Shown: one piece after another, positions 31,103-41,879 of the stretch
How positions within the stretch are numbered: position 1 is the stretch's first letter
Layout: each line of letters opens with the position of its first letter
Assembly: GCF_003019035.1 (NCBI RefSeq)
Contig: NZ_CP027447.1
Reading direction: 5' to 3' (one strand)
Source of the DNA: Escherichia coli
GTDB lineage: Bacteria; Pseudomonadota; Gammaproteobacteria; Enterobacterales; Enterobacteriaceae
DNA: 64,000 bases
Notes under the pieces: model-generated
The model's input: only the letters and a program-made list of their open reading frames with translations
Told to the model about the DNA's origin: nothing
Databases searched by the model: none
Made by a program: the position numbers and the translations under genes

Positions 31103-31684
31103 GTGCTGATTGGCTATGTAAGGGTATCAACAAATGACCAGAATACAGACCTGCAACGAAACGCTCTTGTTTGTGCAGGATGTGAACAAATATTTGAAGA
31201 TAAATTAAGCGGAACAAGGACAGACAGACCTGGATTAAAGCGCGCTTTAAAGCGTCTTCAAAAAGGTGACACACTGGTTGTCTGGAAACTGGATCGCCTC
31301 GGGCGAAGCATGAAACATCTGATTTCTCTCGTCGGAGAACTACGGGAGCGAGGGATTAATTTTCGCAGCCTTACTGACAGTATTGATACGTCATCCCCAA
31401 TGGGGCGTTTTTTCTTCCACGTTATGGGTGCCCTGGCTGAAATGGAACGAGAACTAATCATCGAGCGAACGATGGCTGGACTTGCTGCCGCCAGAAATAA
31501 AGGCCGTATTGGTGGGCGACCACCTAAACTAACCAAAGCGGAATGGGAGCAGGCCGGGCGTTTATTAGCACAAGGAATCCCCCGCAAGCAGGTTGCATTG
31601 ATCTACGATGTGGCCCTGTCAACTCTGTATAAAAAACACCCCGCGAAACGAGCGCATATAGAAAACGACGATCGAATCAATTAA
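31103..31684 (+). CDS. gin: Gin serine DNA invertase
   Basis: Probable GTG start at 31103 (VLIGYVRVSTNDQNTDLQ...), 193 aa; serine recombinase resolvase/invertase family. Confidence 0.9.
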   Translation: MLIGYVRVSTNDQNTDLQRNALVCAGCEQIFEDKLSGTRTDRPGLKRALKRLQKGDTLVVWKLDRLGRSMKHLISLVGELRERGINFRSLTDSIDTSSPMGRFFFHVMGALAEMERELIIERTMAGLAAARNKGRIGGRPPKLTKAEWEQAGRLLAQGIPRKQVALIYDVALSTLYKKHPAKRAHIENDDRIN

Positions 31685-31778
31685 ATCGATCGGTAATACA
31701 GATCGATTATGCCCCAATAACCACACTCAACCCATGATGTTTTTTAAGATAGTGGCGAATTGATGCAAAGGAGGTGAG
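31665..31778 (+). promoter_or_regulatory. com-mom promoter region with three clustered GATC Dam sites
   Basis: GATC at 31670, 31688 and 31701; CCCCAATAACC C-box-like motif; GGAGG ribosome-binding site before com. Confidence 0.65.
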
Positions 31779-31967
31779 ATGAAATCAATTCGCTGTAAAA
31801 ACTGCAACAAACTGTTATTTAAGGCGGATTCCTTTGATCACATTGAAATCAGGTGTCCGCGTTGCAAACGTCACATCATAATGCTGAATGCCTGCGAGCA
31901 TCCCACGGAGAAACATTGTGGGAAAAGAGAAAAAATCACGCATTCTGACGAAACCGTGCGTTATTGA
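31779..31967 (+). CDS. com: Com, zinc-finger translational activator of mom
   Basis: 62 aa with CxxC...CxxC; overlaps the mom reading frame. Confidence 0.85.
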   Translation: MKSIRCKNCNKLLFKADSFDHIEIRCPRCKRHIIMLNACEHPTEKHCGKREKITHSDETVRY

Positions 31968-32634
31968 GTATGAAGGCCAGATTGTTGGCTATGGTTCAAA
32001 GGAGCTGCGCGTTGAAACCATATCCTGCTGGCTGGCCCGCACAATTATTCAGACAAAGCACTATTCCCGCCGTTTTGTGAATAACTCTTACCTCCACCTG
32101 GGAGTGTTCAGCGGACGCGATCTGGTTGGCGTTCTCCAGTGGGGATATGCCCTTAACCCCAACTCAGGTCGTCGTGTCGTGCTTGAAACGGATAACCGGG
32201 GCTATATGGAGTTGAATCGCATGTGGCTACACGACGACATGCCCCGCAACTCTGAATCACGGGCCATCAGCTACGCGCTGAAAGTTATCAGATTACTGTA
32301 TCCGTCAGTGGAGTGGGTTCAGTCCTTTGCTGACGAACGCTGCGGACGCGCAGGCGTTGTGTATCAGGCGTCGAATTTTGATTTTATTGGCAGCCATGAA
32401 AGCACGTTCTACGAGCTGGATGGTGAGTGGTATCACGAGATAACGATGAACGCAATTAAGCGCGGTGGACAACGAGGCGTGTATTTACGGGCTAATAAAG
32501 AGCGTGCCGTGGTGCACAAATTTAATCAGTATCGCTACATCAGGTTCCTGAACAAGCGAGCAAGGAAGCGACTAAATACTAATCTATTCAGGATCCAACC
32601 ATATCCAAAATCAACTCTGACTAGTATCAAATAA
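31888..32634 (+). CDS. mom: Mom DNA modification protein (anti-restriction adenine modification)
   Basis: 248-aa ORF from first in-frame ATG, overlapping com; real start uncertain. Confidence 0.8.
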   Translation: MPASIPRRNIVGKEKKSRILTKPCVIEYEGQIVGYGSKELRVETISCWLARTIIQTKHYSRRFVNNSYLHLGVFSGRDLVGVLQWGYALNPNSGRRVVLETDNRGYMELNRMWLHDDMPRNSESRAISYALKVIRLLYPSVEWVQSFADERCGRAGVVYQASNFDFIGSHESTFYELDGEWYHEITMNAIKRGGQRGVYLRANKERAVVHKFNQYRYIRFLNKRARKRLNTNLFRIQPYPKSTLTSIK

Positions 32635-32769
32635 CTTATTTATTCCTGCTGAAAAGCAGCTCCTCATGGCATAAAATTGTTCACGTGAGTTTAAAATGAC
32701 CAAATGGCAGTACAGTATTTGGTCATTTTATGGGGTGAATTTTAAAGTCAAAACGATGGTAAGGTGCAT

Positions 32770-33105
32770 ATGAAAAAAATACTCATAGCAGTACTACTTT
32801 GCTTTGGTGTTCTTTCTGCTAATCAGGCAATAGCGGCTGTTACCTTAAGCGGTAAGTATCCTGCATGCATATCTGCTAATGAATTCGAGCGATTAAGCTC
32901 AATTTTGCAACACGAAGATCAAGAGGCGTTTGAAGAGATCTTTAAGACATCATGCTTTATGCCTAAAAAGGGGGTTAAAGTTGATAAAGTTGTTTCTATG
33001 GGGTGGACCAGTGGAGTTGCGCATGTCAAAGTTTATGTAAAAGGCAATCTTTACGATCTTTGGACTAACACCGAAAATCTTCAGTCCGAGAAGGCTGGTA
33101 AATAA
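32770..33105 (+). CDS. Small secreted protein of unknown function between mom and the Mu right end
   Basis: ATG at 32770 preceded by AAGGTG; signal peptide MKKILIAVLLCFGVLSANQAIA; mature part ~90 aa with two Cys; AT-rich. Confidence 0.55.
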   Translation: MKKILIAVLLCFGVLSANQAIAAVTLSGKYPACISANEFERLSSILQHEDQEAFEEIFKTSCFMPKKGVKVDKVVSMGWTSGVAHVKVYVKGNLYDLWTNTENLQSEKAGK

Positions 33106-33330
33106 CGCTGTAATCAACGTGTAATCACATCTCCTACCAGCTATCGCCTGATAAAGTTAGGTGATAGCTATTTCAATACTCTCTAGTTTCACTGAAAGCA
33201 CGAAACTTAATACCTCCATTCCAGATTGCTTAATAATCGAGCATTTTTATCTTGAATGTTTTTGCGCGCTTTATCAGCCATACCCTAAGTGATCCCCATG
33301 TAATGAATAAAAAGCAGTAATTAATACTGC

Positions 33331-33407
33331 TGTTTCATTTGAAGCGCGAAAGCTAAAGTTTTCGCATTTATCGTGAAACGCTTTCGCGTTTTTCGTGCGC
33401 CGCTTCA
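33331..33407 (+). repeat. Mu right-end terminal sequence with MuA transposase binding sites (attR)
   Basis: TGTTTCATTTGAAGCGCGAAAG and TTTTCGCATTTATCGTGAAACG repeats; terminus ...CGTGCGCCGCTTCA. Confidence 0.85.
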
Positions 33408-33412
33408 TTCAG
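33408..33412. repeat. Candidate 5-bp target-site duplication copy (TTCAG)
   Basis: First five host bases after the Mu end; the matching copy would flank the off-window left end. Confidence 0.4.
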
Positions 33413-33706
33413 GGTGAACGTCCACTCTTTTTGATCGTCAGACGCTTTCCAGCTACTTGCCAGATCGCCTTCAACGTCGGTTGAGCCTTTATCACCGTCC
33501 GTTTTGTACTGAACCAGTCGCTGATAAGACGGGTAGGTCACTGTCCAGTCGTTATTATCAATTGTCACCGCTGGGTCGAGGGTTTGTGGGTCGGCAGCTT
33601 TACCGATCACCAGCATATCTTTCGGTACGGCGGCGTGCGCAACCGGCATTGTTGTGGCAAGGACGATCGCGAGCAATGTAGGACGAAACAAAATCGATCT
33701 CTTCAT
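33408..33706 (-). pseudogene. ddpA: ddpA 5' fragment (D-Ala-D-Ala dipeptide-binding protein), truncated by the prophage
   Basis: Signal peptide and N-terminal ~99 codons (MKRSILFRPTLLAIV...DQKEWTFTL) run straight into the Mu terminus. Confidence 0.8.
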
Positions 33707-33719
33707 GACAGTTTCCTGA

Positions 33720-34301
33720 TTAACTGGCGTGCTGTGTGCCAGGGGATATAAAACAGGTGAATTGATCAGCGAGTAGTGGGTAACTCGCTGCCTGGGGTAA
33801 TTCGAAGTGCCACCATTCGCTCGGGATACCGACAAAGCCACCGCCAGTCATAATCGCATTCAGCAACAGCCGATTGCGCTGAGCGGCTGGCGGGACGGAA
33901 GGGTGATAAGCATGGGAACGTTCGTGCATTTCATCGAACTCTGCACCCATATCCAGTATGTTCCCGTGCTCATCACGAAGCGTCAGGTCGATCGCTGTGC
34001 CACGGCTGTGATTAGAACCGACCGCCACATCAACAACATATTGCGGGTCTGGGCAGGCTTGCCACAACATCGCCTGTGCTTGTTGTGGGCGATACGCATC
34101 GTAAATCACCAGTTGTAAGCCTGACAGCTGGGCGATACTGATACTTTTCGCCAGCGCAGTAATCGCATCCTTGTGTAACAGACAACGCGCTTGCTGATAA
34201 ATAGCTTTGCCTGTGATGTTATCAGCACAGGCGTATTTCAATTCGATCTCCAGATCAGGGAAGATCACGGCTAAATCAACCAGTTCGGTGGTATCCGACA
34301 T
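33720..34301 (-). CDS. ddpX: D-Ala-D-Ala dipeptidase
   Basis: 193 aa, VanX-like. Confidence 0.9.
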   Translation of the reverse strand: MSDTTELVDLAVIFPDLEIELKYACADNITGKAIYQQARCLLHKDAITALAKSISIAQLSGLQLVIYDAYRPQQAQAMLWQACPDPQYVVDVAVGSNHSRGTAIDLTLRDEHGNILDMGAEFDEMHERSHAYHPSVPPAAQRNRLLLNAIMTGGGFVGIPSEWWHFELPQAASYPLLADQFTCFISPGTQHAS

Positions 34302-34558
34302 AAACGGTTCCTGTATAAGACAAAAATTGCTGCGCTTTCCGCTTATGCAGATCTCATGCCACGCCGGGATAAGCGCCAGAATGCTGGCTTAAAGTTATAT
34401 TTTTTAACTTTTGATCAACATTTGTGCATCGTAATGCAGTTTTGGTGCAAGAGGGGAAGTTAAGGAAGGAATCTCCCGGAATCGTAGCTGAAATCACAGT
34501 ATTTAAGTGACAGTGTCACGTTAAAGGAAAACCCGCGAGTGCGGGCGAGAGGAATTTG

Positions 34559-36958
34559 TCAGATTTTCAGCGGTAACACGCTGCTCATCCAGCCTGGAAT
34601 TTCTTCGGCGGGCAGGGGGCGGGAAAAGAAATATCCCTGAATAACGCGACAGTGGATCTTGCGTAGCATCTCAAATTGCTCTTTGGTTTCGACGCCTTCC
34701 GCCACGACGGTTAAATTAAGGCTTTGCCCAATGCTGGTAATGGCTTCAAGTAAGGCAAGGATGCGTTTTTCGGTCAGACAACGATCGACAAAACTTTTGT
34801 CAATTTTGATTTCCGTTACTGGAAGACTGACTAAGCGGGATAATCCGGAAAAGCCCGTGCCAAAATCATCTACCGATAAACCCACGCCCATATCGCGCAG
34901 GATCTGAATGCGTTTAAAGATTTCGGTATCGTGTTCCATCATCATGCTTTCCGTGATTTCCACCGTCAGCTGGTGGCCGTTAATACCCCAGGCTTGCATT
35001 GCATCAGACACCTGATTAGGCAGCTGATTACTGCGAAAGTGCAGCGCCGACAAGTTCACGGATAACGCCGGGATATGAATATTCTGGCTACGCCATTCTG
35101 CTAACTGACGGCAAGCTTCCGCGATGACCCAGCGTCCAATATTTTCGATTTCACCGATCTCTTCTGCGAGAGGAATAAACCGTGAAGGGGGCACATGACC
35201 ATGCAGGGGATCGTGCCAGCGAGCAAGGGCTTCGATGCCGTACAGTTCACCCGTTTCTGCGAAGATTTGTGGCTGGTAAACCAGTTTCAGTTGGTTATTG
35301 CTAATTGCTTCTTTCAGCGCCGCGCCTAAAACCAAACGCTCTTTTACCATTTCGTTCATCGCCGGGCTGAAGAACTGCCAGCCGTTACCGCCATTTTTGC
35401 GAATAAAATCCATTGCATTGTGAGCAGTGGAGAGCAGGTAATCGCGGTTTTTACCCACGTCGTAGCTGATGCCAATGCTCAAGGTGAGCGGGAATGGTTT
35501 ATCGTCAATCATTATCGGCTTGCTGACCACATTCCGTAGCTCATCGGCGATCTGCGTAATGTTACTGACGTCGTTTTCCAGGCTCACGAGGACAAACTGC
35601 GTACCTTCGATACGACAGAGATATTGATCCGGTTTGAGTTTTTCACGAAAGCGATTGACCACTTCCAGCAATGCCTGATCGGCCCACGCATAGCCAAGGC
35701 TATCAATCACATCCTGAATATGGTCAACACCGATGAGATACACCACCGGAGAGACGGCTTTGTCGACCAGGTCATCGAGGTAATTGTGCAGGTTATTGCG
35801 ATTTGGCAGACCGGTCATCGGATCAAATTGGATGAGTTGTTCAATATGCTGACGGCTTTTTTCCTGTTCCAGCGCCAGCGCGGCCATATGCTGGCTAATA
35901 TCTGCCACGCGTTCGATAAAGGCGCTGGTTTCTGCTCCTGACGAGGTTTTAATTTGCAGGATCCCCGCCGGCGCACCATCACGCTGACGAATGGTCGCTG
36001 ACCAGCTTTGCGCATTTTGAACTTCTGCACCGTGCGAAGATGACGCCCAGTGTATCGGCATCCCGTTGCGCAGCGCGAACAGCGAAACATGCGATTCGTT
36101 GAGTACAGATTCGATGTTACGACAAATGATTTCCCCCATTTCATGAAATGGCGGGCTGCTGCACATGGCGGCGAGAATATTGCCTTCAAGCTGGCGGATT
36201 TGCCGTTCTTCGGTGATATCCGAGAAGGTCATTACCAGGTTCTGCAGATGCGCGAGCACGTCATAAACCGGGCTGATAGAGGCTTTAATCCAGATTTTTT
36301 CACCGGTGCGCGTCAACAGCAGAAATTCATCCTGATCGCGGGCGGTTTTCCATAGCAACTGTTGTAAACGAATGCGGTTATCGGCAGGGAATTCAGGAAT
36401 GTTCAGGAGTGTATCGGGCTGCATACCGCTGGCTTCGCTAATGCAGTAACCAAACATTTCGGTAAATGCGCGATTGCACTGCACAATATGGCGTTCCGGA
36501 TCGAGGACAATCACCGGTCGGTCGAGATGGTCAACAGCAATAATCAATTGTCGGGTCTGTTCTTTTTGCGCCATTTCTACGCTGGCATCCCGTACCAGCG
36601 CCAGGTAATAAACTTTCCCCTCGGCGCTCACTTTCGATAGCGCAAAACGGGTCCAGATTTTACTGCCGTCTTTTTTCTCCAGCTGCAGCTCCCGACTCAT
36701 CCCCTCGACGCGCGCTTTACCGCCTTCACGGTTATGACGAATGTATTCAGGATGCGCAGGACGCAAATCCCGCGGAATCAGCATATCAATGTTATTGCCA
36801 ATGACTTCTTCACGTTTGTACCCCCAGAGCTTCTCTGCGGCGGGGTTGAAAAACATCACTTCATCATTTTCGTTAATTAACACCGCGCCCATCATATTTT
36901 GCTCAAGGGCGGGGAAAAAAATGCCATCGGCGGCATTATCCGCATCGGTTAGCTTCAT
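34559..36958 (-). CDS. dosP: Oxygen-sensing c-di-GMP phosphodiesterase (haem-PAS, GGDEF, EAL)
   Basis: 799 aa from MKLTDADN...; EAL-domain signature in the C-terminal part. Confidence 0.9.
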   Translation of the reverse strand: MKLTDADNAADGIFFPALEQNMMGAVLINENDEVMFFNPAAEKLWGYKREEVIGNNIDMLIPRDLRPAHPEYIRHNREGGKARVEGMSRELQLEKKDGSKIWTRFALSKVSAEGKVYYLALVRDASVEMAQKEQTRQLIIAVDHLDRPVIVLDPERHIVQCNRAFTEMFGYCISEASGMQPDTLLNIPEFPADNRIRLQQLLWKTARDQDEFLLLTRTGEKIWIKASISPVYDVLAHLQNLVMTFSDITEERQIRQLEGNILAAMCSSPPFHEMGEIICRNIESVLNESHVSLFALRNGMPIHWASSSHGAEVQNAQSWSATIRQRDGAPAGILQIKTSSGAETSAFIERVADISQHMAALALEQEKSRQHIEQLIQFDPMTGLPNRNNLHNYLDDLVDKAVSPVVYLIGVDHIQDVIDSLGYAWADQALLEVVNRFREKLKPDQYLCRIEGTQFVLVSLENDVSNITQIADELRNVVSKPIMIDDKPFPLTLSIGISYDVGKNRDYLLSTAHNAMDFIRKNGGNGWQFFSPAMNEMVKERLVLGAALKEAISNNQLKLVYQPQIFAETGELYGIEALARWHDPLHGHVPPSRFIPLAEEIGEIENIGRWVIAEACRQLAEWRSQNIHIPALSVNLSALHFRSNQLPNQVSDAMQAWGINGHQLTVEITESMMMEHDTEIFKRIQILRDMGVGLSVDDFGTGFSGLSRLVSLPVTEIKIDKSFVDRCLTEKRILALLEAITSIGQSLNLTVVAEGVETKEQFEMLRKIHCRVIQGYFFSRPLPAEEIPGWMSSVLPLKI

Positions 36959-36982
36959 AATTACCTCTGCATCCTGACGCAT

Positions 36983-38365
36983 CTAAAGACTGGCTTTCCA
37001 GAGTTCAACACGGTTTCTACCTCGTCTTTTGGCGATATACAGAGCTTCATCGGCTATTTGAATGAGGCGCTCATAGTCAGGATGACCATTAAACATGGCG
37101 GCACCGATGGAAAGTGAGAGGGCAATATCTTCGCCGTTTGCGGCTTTCAGTTTGGTTTTCTCCACCCGACTGCGAATACGTTCTGCGGTACGTAACGTTT
37201 CGTTTTCCGAAGCTTCAGTCAAAACAATGATAAATTCATCGCCCCCGTAGCGGAAAACATAATCACTACTGCGGACGTTGTCATAAAAGGCCTGAGAGAC
37301 TTTACGCAGAATTTCATCGCCAGTGTTATGGCCCCACGTATCGTTAATCTCTTTGAATTTATCAACGTCAATAATCAGCACTGACAGCGGTGTACCGGTC
37401 CGGTTGGCATGGGCAATTTCGCGTTTGAAGATCGTCGGCAGGAAACGGCGGTTAAGTAATTTCGTCAGTACATCCATACCGACTTCGTGGCGCGATACTT
37501 CTTCAAACAATTCACGCAACAAGGTAATAATTTGCGATACGGTATTTCTTATCTGTAATAAAAATTTCACCCGTAAACTTCTGTTATTCAAATTCCTGGT
37601 GTTACGCATGGTTTGATTGAAAATACCGTCGAAATCCTGAATCAGACGGGAGATATGGCCCACTTCGGCTATGCCGCTAAAATAATGTCGACCTTTATGG
37701 TTAAACCACAGGCCAAAATCAGCCTGGCTTAAAGGCAAACTACTGCCTAAATCAGAATCCAGCAGGACTTTATAGATAATATCTATTTCCCATGAAAGTA
37801 TTGAGGCTATTTGCCGTTCTTTTTCTTCTTCGGCGTTTTCCAGTAACGAGAAGATACGATAGTTTTCATCTTCCTTTGAGGCACTACTGTCACTAAAGGT
37901 AAACGCGCGGGTCATCACCTCCATAGCGATATCAATACTGTTAATAGAGAAATGGTAGACCTGAAGTTTTTCTGCGGCGGAATAATCCGAAGAGAAGATT
38001 ACCGGATAGAGGATTTTTTTCAGCACCCGAAACCCCATCTCGACAATTTCTACCGGAATTCCTATGCGGGCATGCACTTCCGCGACGGTATGCTGGATTT
38101 GTATTAGCCTTTCGACATCGTCAACCTGGGCAGAAAGCACGTTAATAATCCAGCGTTCCATCGCACTTTTCAACTGCCGCTCAACTTGTTCATTACTCAA
38201 GAATTCTTCGGCATGCGGGTCGATGCGGACAATTCGATAAAACTCAATACTCAGATAATGAGCATGCGCAACGGCAATTTCCGCGGCTTTAGCACGAATG
38301 AGCGGATCTGCTTGTTCGACAAGCCCGGTCCACTCATCTTTCATTCTTTTAAAATACATCTCCAT
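36983..38365 (-). CDS. dosC: Oxygen-sensing diguanylate cyclase (globin-coupled sensor)
   Basis: 460 aa; GGDEF motif (RYGGDEF). Confidence 0.9.
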   Translation of the reverse strand: MEMYFKRMKDEWTGLVEQADPLIRAKAAEIAVAHAHYLSIEFYRIVRIDPHAEEFLSNEQVERQLKSAMERWIINVLSAQVDDVERLIQIQHTVAEVHARIGIPVEIVEMGFRVLKKILYPVIFSSDYSAAEKLQVYHFSINSIDIAMEVMTRAFTFSDSSASKEDENYRIFSLLENAEEEKERQIASILSWEIDIIYKVLLDSDLGSSLPLSQADFGLWFNHKGRHYFSGIAEVGHISRLIQDFDGIFNQTMRNTRNLNNRSLRVKFLLQIRNTVSQIITLLRELFEEVSRHEVGMDVLTKLLNRRFLPTIFKREIAHANRTGTPLSVLIIDVDKFKEINDTWGHNTGDEILRKVSQAFYDNVRSSDYVFRYGGDEFIIVLTEASENETLRTAERIRSRVEKTKLKAANGEDIALSLSIGAAMFNGHPDYERLIQIADEALYIAKRRGRNRVELWKASL

Positions 38366-38738
38366 AATTCACACCCTTATAAGGCTGGGAAAGCAGACGG
38401 AATCAAAACGAAACGCAACGTGCGAGATCGACTAACTGCACCATACTCTCCTGAAATATGAAGATATACTGAAAACAAATAAGCGACTTAGGACAGTTTC
38501 AATCTACGCTACTGTTCTTCAGAAGAGTATAGCCCATCGTAATTATTTTTCGGTGACAGCGAATATCGTATGTTTTTTCATGTTCATACTTTTTTTAGGG
38601 GATTTATGACTGTTTAACTAAGTGTGGTTAATTGCGTAGTTAATTTGACTTAAGTAAGCATGATTACTAGTGGGATATTTCAAGAGGGTAACAAGCCGGG
38701 GGGAAAGCACCGGCTTGTTACAAAGTAAGAATGGGAGT

Positions 38739-40058
38739 TTAACTGCCCCAACGACTTTGCAGATAGCTGACCGCTTGTTGAGTCTGTGGCTTATTCAGAT
38801 AGTCCTCACGGAACAAGATTGTGCCGCTAATTTCTGGCACGGCATCGTTAAGATCGAGCTGCTTTTTCAGTTCCGGTACGCCGCCGTTAATCATCCAGTC
38901 TGGCTCTATCTTTGAAGGTTCTCCTACTTTATAGAAGGCGATACCGATATACAGGCGGGTCCTGGTCGGTTTAACGACATCCGCCCACCATTTTGCCAAC
39001 ACGTCATAACGCGCGGCACTCCGTGAGAACGGCCAGTAAATTTGGGGAGCAATGTAATCCAGCAACCCTTGTTCCACCCATCGACGGGTATCAGCGTAGG
39101 ATTCGTCATAGGCTGCCGCGCCTCGGGTATCGGAACCGAGCGGATCGTGTGATCGGTTACGCCACACGCCTGCCGGGCTAACGCCAAATTCGACTTCCGG
39201 CTTAATGCTTTTAATGGTGTGCGATACCTTCGCAATTAACTGCTGAGTATTGTTGCGCCGCCAGTCTGCTTTTGACGCAAATGCGCCGCCGTATTTGCGG
39301 TACGTTTCATTATCATTTAGCCGTGAAGCTGGCGACTCAGTATAGAAATAGTCGTCAAACTGCACGCCATCTACCGGATAGCGGGAAACCACTTCCACAA
39401 CTATTGATGTGATCCAGTCCTGAACCTCAGGTATGCCCGGGTCGAGGACAAAGCGATCGCCGGACGTTCTGATCCAGTCGCGGTGTTGCACATAGACGCT
39501 CGCCGGTTGTTGAGACAGGGTGCTATTCAGTTCCCTGATAGTACCGGGCTTCGTATTAACCGATACGCGATAGGGGTTAAACCATGCGTGTACTTTCATC
39601 CCACGCTTGTGGGCTTCGTCGAGCATAAATTGCAGCGGATCGTAACCCGGATTTTCACCAATCTTACCGGTCATAAGATCGGACCACGGCAAAATTTTCG
39701 ATGGCCACAGGGCGGTACCATCCGGCTTGACCTGGAAAAAGACCGTGTTTATGCCGAGACGTTGCAGATGATCCAGTTTGTCGATCATCGCCTGTTGTTG
39801 TACACGTGCCCGGCTGGCGGGGTTACTAATGTTAACCGAGGATACCGGTGGCCAGTCGAGGCGAGACACCGTGGCCAGCCAGATGCCACGCATCGGTTGT
39901 GACGATTGTTGCGTCGTGGCTGGTGGCTTTGAACCCGCTGGTGGTGTCACCATGGACTCTGGAGGCGTGCTTTTACAACTACACAGTAAAAGTGCCAGTG
40001 CAACCAGTATCGCTGGTCTTCTAATCGCTAATTTCTCGTTTCGGGAGCAGATATCCAT
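38739..40058 (-). CDS. yddW: Lipoprotein glycoside hydrolase YddW
   Basis: 439 aa; lipoprotein signal ...LLCSCK. Confidence 0.85.
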   Translation of the reverse strand: MDICSRNEKLAIRRPAILVALALLLCSCKSTPPESMVTPPAGSKPPATTQQSSQPMRGIWLATVSRLDWPPVSSVNISNPASRARVQQQAMIDKLDHLQRLGINTVFFQVKPDGTALWPSKILPWSDLMTGKIGENPGYDPLQFMLDEAHKRGMKVHAWFNPYRVSVNTKPGTIRELNSTLSQQPASVYVQHRDWIRTSGDRFVLDPGIPEVQDWITSIVVEVVSRYPVDGVQFDDYFYTESPASRLNDNETYRKYGGAFASKADWRRNNTQQLIAKVSHTIKSIKPEVEFGVSPAGVWRNRSHDPLGSDTRGAAAYDESYADTRRWVEQGLLDYIAPQIYWPFSRSAARYDVLAKWWADVVKPTRTRLYIGIAFYKVGEPSKIEPDWMINGGVPELKKQLDLNDAVPEISGTILFREDYLNKPQTQQAVSYLQSRWGS

Positions 40059-40188
40059 ATGTGCTGGTTTCCGGTAAACAGATGTGCGCTCATTCTCGTA
40101 CTTATCCCGGTTAAGTCAATACGACAGCAAGCACGAAAAAGGGAGCGATGAATTATCGCTCCCTTATCTTATAACCATTCAGACATGG

Positions 40189-41724
40189 TTAGTGTTTCTT
40201 GTCATTCATCACAATATAGTGTGGTGAACGTGCACGCGGGTGCAGGAAGAAGTGACCTTTTGGTGCGTTCTGACTGTTGATTGGCTCCAGAGTAACGCCG
40301 GTATTCCCTTTGCCTTTACGATCATGAACAGCATAGAGAATAAAGGGCAGGGCAAGTACCACCAGGAAACTCACGACCAGTAATTCAACATACATATCAG
40401 TAGAGTCACCCTGGATGTTATCCGGCGGCAGGAAGGAAACAATAAACGCCATAATTGAAGTCAGCAGACCGACAATAGCCACGACCAGTTTCACCCCTTT
40501 ACCACCAGGGATATTAAATGTGCGTTTTAAGTCAGGATGTTTGAGAACCAACACAATGTAGCCAATAAACAGCATGAAATAAGCACACAGATAAATCACC
40601 ACCGTCAGCGCCAGTGCGATCAGGAAGGACATGTTGTTACCGCCACCGGTATTGGTGAGGATGATCAACGCGATAGAAGTAATCACCAGCTGCGAAATGA
40701 CCAGCGTTACCGGTACGCCATTTTTGTTCATTTTAGCGAATGCTGCTGGCAGCAGGTTTTTCTGCGCTGTGACATACATCCCGCGAGAAGGACCAACAAT
40801 CCAGGAAGCGATTTCCGCCAGAACACCCAGCAACAGCAGTGCGGAGATCACGCGAACCGTCCACTCAATTTCCGGTGCCACATGTGACATCAGAACGGTA
40901 AAGGTTTGCATTACCCCTGCGGAGAGGTTGATTTCATTACCCGGAATGACCATCGCAATAGACAAACCGCCAACAGAGCTTAAGCAGATTGCCGCCACCA
41001 TCAGTAGTAACATAGCCAGTGGATAGTCGCGCCCGGGGTTGCTCATTTCATTGACGTGGGTTGCGGAAGCTTCAACGCCCATATAACTCAAAATGAAGGC
41101 AACAAATACAACCAGAGTGCCCACTTTAGAGAAGTCAGGGAAGAAGGTCTTCGCATCCATTTCGATAGCAACGGGGGCACCGGAGTGCAGATAAATAGCC
41201 GCTAATGCGATCAAAATAAATGCAGGTAACAGGATACCGGCGAAGAAGCCAACTTTAGCAATTCGCGCCGTGTATTTCGTGCCACCAAACTGCGTTAATG
41301 CCAGCGCCCAAAGAATGATGAGTGCTGCAATAGTTTTGGTAATGGGGTCTTCATTCAGAGCTGGCCATTTCAGGATGTAGGAGAGTGCCCCTAACACGAA
41401 ATAGAGCATCGGAATAAAACCAATGGCGATTTGCAGATAGCCAAATGAGATCGCTGCAAATCCCCATCTCGGCCCCAGAGTATTTGATACCCAGGCGAAG
41501 ACGCCACCTTCTTCCCAGCCGTCGACGGTAGCCATTTCCGCAGCACAAAGTCCCACGGGAATAAACCATAAAATCCCGCCTAATAGCAGGAAGAAGACTA
41601 ATGAAAAGCCCGATGTTGCGAAGGTAGGGTATTCATAAACAGCCATTACCATCGATGCCGTTATGGCAAAGAATCCGAGTAATGTGAGCTGCTTAGCTTT
41701 ACCTGTCTGTACTGATGTAGCCAT
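40189..41724 (-). CDS. gadC: Glutamate:GABA antiporter
   Basis: 511 aa, multi-pass transporter; directly downstream of gadB. Confidence 0.9.
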   Translation of the reverse strand: MATSVQTGKAKQLTLLGFFAITASMVMAVYEYPTFATSGFSLVFFLLLGGILWFIPVGLCAAEMATVDGWEEGGVFAWVSNTLGPRWGFAAISFGYLQIAIGFIPMLYFVLGALSYILKWPALNEDPITKTIAALIILWALALTQFGGTKYTARIAKVGFFAGILLPAFILIALAAIYLHSGAPVAIEMDAKTFFPDFSKVGTLVVFVAFILSYMGVEASATHVNEMSNPGRDYPLAMLLLMVAAICLSSVGGLSIAMVIPGNEINLSAGVMQTFTVLMSHVAPEIEWTVRVISALLLLGVLAEIASWIVGPSRGMYVTAQKNLLPAAFAKMNKNGVPVTLVISQLVITSIALIILTNTGGGNNMSFLIALALTVVIYLCAYFMLFIGYIVLVLKHPDLKRTFNIPGGKGVKLVVAIVGLLTSIMAFIVSFLPPDNIQGDSTDMYVELLVVSFLVVLALPFILYAVHDRKGKGNTGVTLEPINSQNAPKGHFFLHPRARSPHYIVMNDKKH

Positions 41725-41879
41725 ATTATCCCCCTAAAACGGTATTCCTGTCGGAACCGCACCTGTTTTGTTCTGAAGCGTATTCAGAACAATATTTTCC
41801 GTTGCTAATGCCAGTGAACAGACTTTGGAAATTGTCCCGAAACGGCTTCGTTTCGGGACACCGTTACCGTTAAACGTTA

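Larger units (their letters stand above)
1..33407 (+). mobile_element. Mu-type transposable prophage, partial: B through mom plus right end; left end with c, ner and A lies upstream of the window
   Basis: Gene order and protein identities match phage Mu; canonical Mu right terminus ...CTTTCGCGTTTTTCGTGCGCCGCTTCA ends at 33407, followed by host ddpA sequence. Confidence 0.9.

Noticed and set aside
33106-33407. Possibility that DNA to the right of the small secreted ORF is host or a different element
   Set aside because: The MuA binding-site repeats and exact Mu terminus at 33331-33407 show the prophage continues to 33407.
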